From positions 10,411 through 74,410 of the forward strand of contig JBQCHO010000109.1 in assembly GCA_051954635.1 (NCBI GenBank): 64,000 bases of DNA, read 5' to 3'. This document shows positions 19,062 to 26,873 of the stretch, piece after piece. The notes below the pieces were generated by a model. It saw only the letters and a list, made by a program, of their open reading frames with translations, searched no databases and was not told the DNA's origin. Made by a program: the position numbers and the translations under genes. The stretch is from Sphingomonas sp. (GTDB lineage Bacteria; Pseudomonadota; Alphaproteobacteria; Sphingomonadales; Sphingomonadaceae). The first letter of the stretch is position 1. Every line of letters starts with the position of its first letter.

Positions 19062-19811
19062 CTACCCCATAGCAGCAGACGGCACGGGCTCACACTTCGG
19101 ATTGAGGTGATGGAGATAGGAGGGGTTGAACATCGCGATGCGGTGCAGTGCCGGAAGGTCCGGGATTGTCAGGATGCGGTTGTTGAGGGCGATGAGATTT
19201 TCGCGCCTGAGTTCCTGGAGCGTCCGGTTTACATGGACGGCGGTCATGCCCGTCGCTTCGGCCAGGTCGATCTGGGTGAGCGGCATTTCGCAGCGATCAT
19301 CCTCGGTCAGATGAACCGAATCCAGCCGCTCGAATAGTTCGGAGAACAGATGCGCGATCCGTTCGCGTGCGGTTCTCTGACCCAGGCTGACGGTCCATTC
19401 GCGCTGGATCGCGGCAACGACGAGACTCTCCATCCATAAAGCCCGCGAGATGGCAGGCCGGTGGGTGCACATATGCTCGACCAGATTTCGCGGCATCTCG
19501 GCGTAGGTAACCGGCGTCAGCGCACAGATCGAGTGATCCATTTCGTCGAGGAGGAAGACGTTCAAATCGCACAAGTCGCCGGGGAGGAGAAACGAGACGA
19601 TCTGGCGACGACCGTCGGGAAGCATCTTGTAGCGAAACGCCCAGCCGTCGACGACCAATTTGACGTGATGCGGCGTATCACCCTCGCGTATCAAATCTCG
19701 ACGTGCGCGCGCAGTGCGAACCGTCTGTCGGCAGATTTGAGCTATTGCATCCAGGTCGGCCTGGGAGAGCGGCGCGAACCGTTGCAGCTTCAAGGCCAGC
19801 AGGTCGTGCAA
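19062..19811 (-). CDS. Crp/Fnr-family transcriptional regulator
   Basis: A cNMP-binding-like N-terminal domain and a C-terminal HTH (LTQIDLAEATGMTAVHVNRTLQELR). Only 3 nt separate it from the downstream kinase gene. Confidence 0.85.
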   Translation of the reverse strand: MHDLLALKLQRFAPLSQADLDAIAQICRQTVRTARARRDLIREGDTPHHVKLVVDGWAFRYKMLPDGRRQIVSFLLPGDLCDLNVFLLDEMDHSICALTPVTYAEMPRNLVEHMCTHRPAISRALWMESLVVAAIQREWTVSLGQRTARERIAHLFSELFERLDSVHLTEDDRCEMPLTQIDLAEATGMTAVHVNRTLQELRRENLIALNNRILTIPDLPALHRIAMFNPSYLHHLNPKCEPVPSAAMG

Positions 19812-19941
19812 ATCTCATCTCCGCGCTCAGTTCTCGGGAACAAAACGCCTGACACTGAACTTGGTCGCTCACTTATGTTATTCGACGCAGGGCCAGCCAG
19901 TTTGTATCCGTCTCGTCCACCTCGCGGGGGCTCGACACCAG

Positions 19942-20364
19942 ATGAACCAACCACTTGCCATTGCTGGTAGCACGGTCCTACTCGTCGAAGACGAGTATCT
20001 GATCGCCGACGATCTAGCTCGCGATCTGACGGCGCATGGACTCACCGTTTTCGGTCCCGTGGCAACCGTCGAAGCGGCGGTCGAAGCGCTCGCGCAGAGC
20101 AACCCGGATTTTGCGATTCTCGACATCAACCTGCGCGGAGACCGCGTCTTCCCGCTTGCCGACCATCTGTCGGGGCGCGACATTCCTTATGTCTTCGCCA
20201 CCGGCTATGACGGCGACGCCATTCCGCCGCGGTTCGCAGATGTCGCGCGGCTCGAGAAACCGATCAGGACAGGCGACCTTCTCGTCACGCTCGAGAATCT
20301 CAGTTGCCGGTCGAGCGGATCGCCCACTCCCGAAATCCCCCCGCTGGGCGATCATCGCCACTGA
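19942..20364 (+). CDS. Single-domain response regulator of the FATGUY (PFxFATGY, SdrG/MrrA-like) family
   Basis: Receiver features VLLVEDEYLIADD and FAILDINL (phospho-Asp), with IPYVFATGY matching the PFxFATG[G/Y] signature. No output domain. Confidence 0.8.
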   Translation: MNQPLAIAGSTVLLVEDEYLIADDLARDLTAHGLTVFGPVATVEAAVEALAQSNPDFAILDINLRGDRVFPLADHLSGRDIPYVFATGYDGDAIPPRFADVARLEKPIRTGDLLVTLENLSCRSSGSPTPEIPPLGDHRH

Positions 20365-20419
20365 AGTTTTCGATTGATTGGATAAATGCCGTCACCTCGT
20401 CGCAAACTCGGCGAGGCGT

Positions 20420-20444
20420 GGAACATGCCCGCTTTCCAGCGGTT
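20420..20444 (+). promoter_or_regulatory. Near-consensus sigma-EcfG-type promoter candidate
   Basis: GGAAC-N16-GGTT, with one mismatch in the -10 compared with CGTT. It lies upstream of the small ORF/SRPBCC/ADH/SDR gene string. Confidence 0.3.
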
Positions 20445-20514
20445 GGCTAGCAATCGCGATGACCCGATATTCGCGGTTGAAATCCAGCAACATAGATTAG
20501 TGGGCAGGTGTGCG

Positions 20515-20703
20515 ATGGACGATGGAAAGAGGCTCGGCGAAGGCGGCGCAAAGGATCGACGTTCATCCTTGCGAGACGGTGATGATGATCCCGCGTTGCG
20601 CCACGAAAGTCGCCAGGCAGTTCTGAACCAGGGCAGCGCGACCCCTGAGGACTATCCCGATCGCGGCGTGTCGACACCGGCTGCGCCAGATGGAGATCGG
20701 TGA
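20515..20703 (+). CDS. Possible small acidic/hydrophilic protein (62 aa)
   Basis: Internal ATG of ORF 20386-20703, downstream of the promoter-like motif. The stop overlaps the next gene's start. No homology recognised. Confidence 0.3.
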   Translation: MDDGKRLGEGGAKDRRSSLRDGDDDPALRHESRQAVLNQGSATPEDYPDRGVSTPAAPDGDR

Positions 20704-21245
20704 TGACACAGACAGATGACGCACCCGCCCATGTCGCAAAATCCGATGACGTCCGGGCGGCGGTTGGCGAAGGCTCGGTCACCGGGCACACCGAAACCAT
20801 CAACCGCCCGCGTAAAGAACTTTATGCATTCTGGCGAAATTTCTCGAACCTTGCTGGTCTGATGGAGAATGTCGTCTCGGTGACCGAGATAGATGGCAAG
20901 CGTTCTCACTGGGTGGTTGCAGGCCCGACAGGCAATCTCGAATGGGATGCCGAGATCACCGAAGATGAGCCCGATCGGCTCATCGCGTGGCGATCGGTAA
21001 AAGGCGCGGATGTCGAACATTCGGGTCGGGTCGAATTCCGCGACGCTCCGCCAGGGCGCGGATCGTGGATCACCGCGACGATCGCCTACAAGCCTCCGGC
21101 GGGTTTTATCGGCAAGGCCGTCGCCAAGGTCACGCAGAAGGAGCCCGCCATACAGGCACGGCGAGACCTTCGCCGGTTCAAGCAATATTGCGAAACCGGC
21201 GAAATCGCGACGTCGACCCCGCCCAATCCCCAACCGAAATCCTGA
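20703..21245 (+). CDS. SRPBCC-family (cyclase/dehydrase-like) protein
   Basis: INRPRKELYAFWRNFSNLAGLMENVVSV...WRSVKGADVEHSGRVEFRDAPPGRG is typical of the SRPBCC/polyketide-cyclase fold family. Confidence 0.75.
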   Translation: MTQTDDAPAHVAKSDDVRAAVGEGSVTGHTETINRPRKELYAFWRNFSNLAGLMENVVSVTEIDGKRSHWVVAGPTGNLEWDAEITEDEPDRLIAWRSVKGADVEHSGRVEFRDAPPGRGSWITATIAYKPPAGFIGKAVAKVTQKEPAIQARRDLRRFKQYCETGEIATSTPPNPQPKS

Positions 21246-21257
21246 AGGAGTCCGGCT

Positions 21258-22439
21258 ATGCGTGCGCTCACCTGGCACGGCAAGCACGACGTCCGCGTCG
21301 ACAGCCATCCCGATCCCGAAATCATCAACCCCCGCGACGCGATCATCAAGGTCACCTCGACCGCGATCTGCGGTTCCGACCTCCATCTGTACGATGCCTA
21401 TATTCCAACCCTCGAAAAGGGCGATATTCTGGGCCACGAGTTCATGGGCGAGGTTGTCGATGTCGGGCCCGGCAGCTCACTCAAAAAGGGCCAGCGGGTC
21501 GTGGTTCCGTTCACCATTTCGTGCGGGAAATGCTTCTTTTGCGAGAAGCAGCAGTTTTCAGCCTGTGCGAATTCGATTCCCGCCGATAATGCCGATCTTG
21601 GGCAGGAACTCTACGGTCACCCCATGACCGGCCTGTTCGGCTATTCGCACCTGACCGGCGGCTATCCGGGCGGTCAGGCTGAATATGCTCGCGTTCCCTA
21701 TTCGGACATCGGGCCGATCGTTATTCCAGACGGGCTCGACGATGATACGGTGTTGTTTCTTTCCGATATCCTCCCGACGGGCTGGATGGCTGCGGAGAAT
21801 TGCGACATCGAGCCTGGCGACACGGTCGCGGTATGGGGCTGCGGTCCGGTCGGCCTGTTCGCTGTACAATCGGCGTTCAAGCTCGGGGCTCACCGCGTAA
21901 TTGCTGTCGACCATTTCCCACATCGGCTCGATCTCGCCAAGCGCTTCGGCGCCGAGACGATCAATTACAAGGAAACCGACACCTATCATGCGCTGATGGA
22001 GATGACTGGCGGCATCGGCCCCGACGCCTGCATCGATGCAGTTGGACTCGAGAGCCACGGCTTCTTTCTCGACAATGTCTGGGACCAGGTGAAGGTCTCG
22101 ACCTTCATGGGTACAGACCGCGCTCATGTTCTTCGCCAGGTCATTATTGCCTGTCGCAAGGGCGGACGAGTTTCCCTGCCTGGCGTTTATGGCGGCTTCG
22201 TCGACAAGTTCCCGATCGGTGCGCTGATGGAGAAGGGGCTGCAGGTGAAGAGCGGTCAGACCCATGTGCAGAAATATCTGCCCAAGCTTCTGAAGATGAT
22301 CGGTGAGGGCGAGCTCGACACCACCTTCCTGATCTCGCACCGGCTGCCGCTCGAAGAAGCGCCCAAGGGCTACGAAATGTTCAAGAACGAACAGAACGAA
22401 TGCACCAAAGTCGTGCTGAAACCGGGGATGGCGGCCTGA
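21258..22439 (+). CDS. Zinc-dependent alcohol dehydrogenase (glutathione-independent formaldehyde dehydrogenase-like)
   Basis: [14 protein letters not shown], structural-zinc Cys cluster ([15 protein letters not shown]) and GCGPVG Rossmann motif. AAGGAG RBS. Confidence 0.9.
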   Translation: MRALTWHGKHDVRVDSHPDPEIINPRDAIIKVTSTAICGSDLHLYDAYIPTLEKGDILGHEFMGEVVDVGPGSSLKKGQRVVVPFTISCGKCFFCEKQQFSACANSIPADNADLGQELYGHPMTGLFGYSHLTGGYPGGQAEYARVPYSDIGPIVIPDGLDDDTVLFLSDILPTGWMAAENCDIEPGDTVAVWGCGPVGLFAVQSAFKLGAHRVIAVDHFPHRLDLAKRFGAETINYKETDTYHALMEMTGGIGPDACIDAVGLESHGFFLDNVWDQVKVSTFMGTDRAHVLRQVIIACRKGGRVSLPGVYGGFVDKFPIGALMEKGLQVKSGQTHVQKYLPKLLKMIGEGELDTTFLISHRLPLEEAPKGYEMFKNEQNECTKVVLKPGMAA

Positions 22440-22456
22440 CCCTAAGGAGAGCGACA

Positions 22457-23230
22457 ATGCCCGATAAACTTGCAGTAATCACCGGCGCTTCGACCGGCAT
22501 CGGCAGAGAAATTGCCAAGCTCGCAGCGCAAGACGGTTTCGATCTCATCACCGTTGCCGACGAGCCGGGACTCGAAGCGGCAGCCGCCGACCTTCGCGCC
22601 GAGGGTGGGCAGATCGAGACGGTCGAAGCCGATTTGGCGACGTTCGAGGGCAATGACGCGCTGCTCGCCGCGATCGGCGACAGGAATGTGGATATCCTGG
22701 TCGCCAATGCCGGACGCGGCCTCGGCCATGCATTTATCGATCAGGACCCGGCGGACTGGCGCCACGTCATCGACACGAATGTCACCGGAACGACCTATCT
22801 GCTGCAGAAAATCGCCCGGAAGATGGTCCAGCAGAGAGGCGGTAAGATCCTTATCACGGGCTCGATCGCCGGATTGATTCCCGGCAGCTTCCAGGCCGTC
22901 TACAATGCGACCAAGGCTTACCTCGACAGCTTCTCCTACGCGCTGCGCGAGGAACTCAAAGATACCGGCGTATCGGTCACCGTGCTCATGCCCGGGCTGA
23001 CTGAGACCGAGTTCTTTCGCCGGGCCGGGATGCTCGACACGCCCGTCGGCGAAGACGAGAAAGCCGATCCTGCGAAGGTCGCCGCCGATGGCTGGAAAGC
23101 AATGAACGACGGTTCCGCCCATATCGTCTCGGGCTTCCAGAACAAGCTGCAGGCAGCGTTGTCGCACATCACGCCGGATACGATCTTGGCGAAAATGCAT
23201 AGCAGATTGGCAGACCCGCAGCGCGGCTGA
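22457..23230 (+). CDS. SDR-family oxidoreductase
   Basis: TGASTGIGRE, NAG and YNATKAY motifs. Internal ATG of ORF 22400-23230, preceded by AAGGAGAG. Confidence 0.85.
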   Translation: MPDKLAVITGASTGIGREIAKLAAQDGFDLITVADEPGLEAAAADLRAEGGQIETVEADLATFEGNDALLAAIGDRNVDILVANAGRGLGHAFIDQDPADWRHVIDTNVTGTTYLLQKIARKMVQQRGGKILITGSIAGLIPGSFQAVYNATKAYLDSFSYALREELKDTGVSVTVLMPGLTETEFFRRAGMLDTPVGEDEKADPAKVAADGWKAMNDGSAHIVSGFQNKLQAALSHITPDTILAKMHSRLADPQRG

Positions 23231-23791
23231 TCAGTCGCTATTTTGCCACTCAGCAAGAGAACGTGAATTGGCGGCACCCGTATCTGCGCCAAAGCTGTTG
23301 CGCATGATCTCGAGCGCCCAGCGTGTGCGTTCGGGGTGCTCGCCGGCCACCGCGTCCTCGGGCACCCACAGACGGTACTCGCGCATATGCGCATCGGCGG
23401 CAGTGAAGAGGACGCAAATGTCGGCGGCAATTCCGGTCAGGATTAGTCGGTCGACGCCCAGGCGCGGCAGAAGTGCTGGAAGCGTCGTTGCGTAAAATCC
23501 GGAGACCTGTGGTTTGATGACCAGATAATCGCAGCGGCGTGGCTGAAGCGCGCGCGCGATCGCCGCTCCCGGGGCATCGCTCTTCGTGACGTGTGCGAGA
23601 AGATCGTCGCGATCGGCTCGCCACGCGCCATAGTGGTCGTTGACATACACTACGGGCGCGCCCGCCGCATCGGCCTGGTCGCGCAACTCCGAAATGGGCG
23701 CTACTATGGTTTCAGCTGATTGCAGGAGCGGCGCTGCACCCTCGAAGTCCAGCGGATTGATCGCATCGATGATGAGCAGTACCACCGCCAT
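23231..23791 (-). CDS. Isochorismatase-family cysteine hydrolase
   Basis: VLLIIDAINPLDFEG..., VVYVNDHYG and ILTGIAADICVLFTA (catalytic Cys context). Confidence 0.85.
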   Translation of the reverse strand: MAVVLLIIDAINPLDFEGAAPLLQSAETIVAPISELRDQADAAGAPVVYVNDHYGAWRADRDDLLAHVTKSDAPGAAIARALQPRRCDYLVIKPQVSGFYATTLPALLPRLGVDRLILTGIAADICVLFTAADAHMREYRLWVPEDAVAGEHPERTRWALEIMRNSFGADTGAANSRSLAEWQNSD

Positions 23792-23979
23792 GGTCGTTCT
23801 CGTTATCGTTTAGCCCGCAGCAAAGGGTGAACCTATCGGGCAAGCGATCACAAATGTAAGGAAAGCTGGCAAAGTGGCAATCGGCTATGGTGTCGCGCTG
23901 GACCCATTGGGGTTATCGCCACGTCTTGTTCGGGGAGGAGCCGCCGGTGTCCAAAAAAAACCGGTCGCCGGACATCTTG

Positions 23980-24290
23980 CGGATCTTTCCACGATCAATC
24001 GCTTGACATGATGGCGACCGTTTCGTCCGACGACTTGACCTCGCGCAGCGTCAATCCGGCGTTCGAGCGGATCCTTCGGCTCGACTGAAGACACTTTGCT
24101 GGGGCGCACCTTCGTCGAGTTTGTCCATCCTGACGAGCGCGACGATCTTGGCATAGCGATCGCGGCGATCGACAGAAGAAACAATCCGATCGGCGTCGAG
24201 CACCGACCTGTCGCATCGATGCGCCTACCGCCGGGCTGCGTGGTTATGGCGCGGGCCGCGTCGGCTATGCCGAGGACTTGAGTGACGGGA
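23980..24290 (+). pseudogene. Degraded PAS-domain sensor fragment (multiple frame changes)
   Basis: VNPAFERIL, then a stop at 24086, then in another frame LLGRTFVEFVHPDERDD...GVEHR, then a further shift (AYRRAAWLW). No kinase or output domain follows. Confidence 0.4.
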
Positions 24291-24902
24291 ACCCACGTCG
24301 AACTGCTACGCGACTGGACCGACGGCGCCCCGAGCATTTGTCGGCGTTTATCGATATTCTGACAACGGCGCGGAACTATGCAGGCGCTGTTGGCGGGTCG
24401 CCCATGTGTACGTCCCGATATTCAGCGCGGCAAGATGATGACTGAGGCCGAAAAGTCTTCCCAGGCGGCGGTCGGTCTCTGTGCGACACTGAACATTCCG
24501 CCGGTCAAGCAGGGTCAGTCGGTAGCGATTTTGGCGGTCAACTGCGCCGGGGCCCCACACCTGCAGCGACAACGAGATCGCGCTTGTCGAGGCTCCCGCC
24601 GAACGAACCTCGCCGGCAGTCGAGCGAGCTTGAGCCGAGACAGCGCTCAGGACAAATGGGGTCAAGTATCGCGACCTCTTCAATTTCATGGACCAGGGTT
24701 ATCATCCAGCTTTTGTAGATGATGGCCGAGCGACCGCCTTGCAGGCCGCACTGACCGCGGGCCGAATGGCAATGCGTCCATAGCGCTAACAAGACAAAAC
24801 GCGCTCACATGGGTTAGCCGCTTCATTCGCTGCCCCCGAAACGACCGAGTAAATCCGCCAAAATTTTTCAAATCAGCCGGCATTTCTCGGGTCGGCGACC
24901 GC

Positions 24903-24927
24903 GGAACGGCGGCGGGGCGTACCCGTT
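24903..24927 (+). promoter_or_regulatory. Perfect sigma-EcfG-type (general stress response) promoter motif
   Basis: GGAAC (24903-24907), 16 nt, CGTT (24924-24927). It is followed by AGGAG and the ATG at 24947. Confidence 0.55.
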
Positions 24928-24946
24928 GCTAGGTCCAGGAGACCGT

Positions 24947-25249
24947 ATGACCGACAAACAGAATTACAAAGATCTTCCCCCCGAAGCTGGGGTAAAGCCC
25001 CGCTATACCGAGCCCGATCCGCCGCCCGGAGAAGTCGGCGCGCACGGCCATTATTCTGGACAGGAATATGACGCTCCTGGCCAGGCGGAGTGGCGCAGAA
25101 AGGCTGACAGGTCGCCGCCGCCCGGTGAGTTGAGCGGATCAGGCATCGGCGCCGGCGGCGGACAGGATGGCGAGGACTATGACAGCGATCCGCAAGGTGG
25201 CAGCGGCGTCCTGCCGGCTGCTGGAACGGGGTCAAAAGGGGAAGCCTGA
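24947..25249 (+). CDS. Small hydrophilic Gly/Pro/Asp-rich protein (100 aa)
   Basis: AGGAGA lies 5 nt upstream of the ATG, directly downstream of the EcfG-type motif. Predicted disordered and charged. No family recognised. Confidence 0.5.
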   Translation: MTDKQNYKDLPPEAGVKPRYTEPDPPPGEVGAHGHYSGQEYDAPGQAEWRRKADRSPPPGELSGSGIGAGGGQDGEDYDSDPQGGSGVLPAAGTGSKGEA

Positions 25250-25325
25250 TTTTTGCCGTGACCTCGCTGCGCTTTCGTGAGGGCGGCAGTGGACGGTGTC
25301 TCGATACCTACGCGACCGGGGAACC

Positions 25326-26873
25326 ATGCCAATGGGTCTGCTGCAGCCCCAGCTCATCATCGACGCCGCCGAACGCGAGCGGGGGTTGCGACTCCTGGTC
25401 AATGAGGCTTTGTTTTCGGGCGGGGCAGCAGCACTCACGACGGGCACCATCCTCACAGCCTTTGCTCTGCATCTCGACGCTTCGAACGTTATGATCGGAC
25501 TGCTCGCAAGCGTCCCGTTTGCAGCGCAGCTATTGCAGCTTCCAGCCATTCTGCTGGTTGAGCGGACTCGTCGTCGCAAGCTGATCGCAGTCCTGACCAG
25601 CATCATCGGCCGGCTGATGCTGGGCGTCATGGCCGTCACGGCGTTCTTGAAAGGCTCCTTTGCTCTTGCTCTCTTTCTGGGGGCGCAATTCATCCTCGCC
25701 GGGCTCGGTGCAATCGGCAGCTGCGCCTGGAACGCTTGGTTACGCGATCTCGCGCCAATAGAGCGTCTTGGCGTCGTGTTTGCCCGTCGCACGATGTGGC
25801 TGACTGCAGTGAACCTGGCATTGGGCCTCGCGGCTGCGCTTGCGCTGGCTCTGTCGCCCGAAGGGTCGATCGCTCGCAGCTGGGTTTTTGCCGGCATGTT
25901 CGCGATCGGTTGCCTGACGGGATTGATCAGTGCCCGAATAGTCTCCCAGATGCCCGAACCGCTGATGGCGCCTGCCGAAGGGCCGTTGCACCTCGCGGCG
26001 CTGTTGCGCCGCCCGCTGGGCGACGCCAATTTCAGGCGACTGCTTGCGTTCGTCGCGAGCTGGCAATTCGCGGTCAATCTGGCGACGCCGTTCTTCACTG
26101 TCTTCATCGTTCGCCAACTCGGGTTCGACGTGTCGTTCGTCATGATCCTGAGCGTCGTCAGTCAGGCTGCAAATATCCTCGCCCTTCGCCTCTGGGGCCG
26201 GCTCAGCGACCGGTTTGCGAACAAATCGGTGATGGCAGTCTGCGCTCCGGCTTATATTTTCTCGATCGTCGCGATGATCGGCGCATCGCAAATCCAGTCC
26301 CGGCTCGGGATCATGATCTGGCTGGGCGCGCTTCACGTCGCGATGGGCGTGTCGGTCGCGGGGGTCACGCTAGGGTCGACCAATATCGCGTTGAAACTAT
26401 CACCCAGCGGGTCGGCTACATCCTATGTCGCGGCCAATGCGATGGCGACCGCCGCGGCCGCCGGCTTGGCCCCGATCCTCGGTGGGTTGCTCGCGCAGTT
26501 CTTTGCTCAGCGGCGCTTTGAATTGCTGATGCGCTGGGCGGGACCGCACGGCTTGCTGAGCTTTTCCTTCGGCCTGACCCATTGGGATTTCTATTTTCTG
26601 TTGGCCGGCGTGATCGGCCTTTACGCGGTCCACCGCCTCTCTCTGGTCGCCGAACAGGGAGAAATCGAACGACGCGAAATGGTCAACCAGATGCTCGGCG
26701 AGACTCGCCGCACGATCCGCAATATCTCGACCGTAGCTGGCCTGCGCGCAGCGACCGATTTGCCGGCTACGCTGCTGCGCGATGCCCGCAAACGACTGCG
26801 TCGGCGTCTCCCAACGGCGCCGCGCTCCAACCGTCACCTATCGACACCGGCAAAAAAGGAGGAGCATCAATGA
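25326..26873 (+). CDS. MFS transporter
   Basis: About 12 hydrophobic segments with the MFS-like loop LLVERTRRRK, and a cytoplasmic C-terminal tail. An alternative GTG start is at 25296. Confidence 0.8.
   Translation: MPMGLLQPQLIIDAAERERGLRLLVNEALFSGGAAALTTGTILTAFALHLDASNVMIGLLASVPFAAQLLQLPAILLVERTRRRKLIAVLTSIIGRLMLGVMAVTAFLKGSFALALFLGAQFILAGLGAIGSCAWNAWLRDLAPIERLGVVFARRTMWLTAVNLALGLAAALALALSPEGSIARSWVFAGMFAIGCLTGLISARIVSQMPEPLMAPAEGPLHLAALLRRPLGDANFRRLLAFVASWQFAVNLATPFFTVFIVRQLGFDVSFVMILSVVSQAANILALRLWGRLSDRFANKSVMAVCAPAYIFSIVAMIGASQIQSRLGIMIWLGALHVAMGVSVAGVTLGSTNIALKLSPSGSATSYVAANAMATAAAAGLAPILGGLLAQFFAQRRFELLMRWAGPHGLLSFSFGLTHWDFYFLLAGVIGLYAVHRLSLVAEQGEIERREMVNQMLGETRRTIRNISTVAGLRAATDLPATLLRDARKRLRRRLPTAPRSNRHLSTPAKKEEHQ

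Noticed and set aside
19812-19941. EcfG-type promoter for the crp-kinase operon or the FATGUY regulator
   Set aside because: GGGAAC is present (…CTCGGGAACAAAACGCC…), but no CGTT lies at 16-17 nt on either strand.
20386-20514. Upstream part of ORF 20386-20703
   Set aside because: It contains the promoter-like GGAAC-N16-GGTT motif and has no RBS. Only the distal 62 codons are kept, and those only tentatively.
25232-26143. 303-aa minus-strand ORF opposite the MFS gene
   Set aside because: It is antisense to a gene with a clear 12-TM pattern. The Ser/Arg/Ala-rich translation has no motifs.
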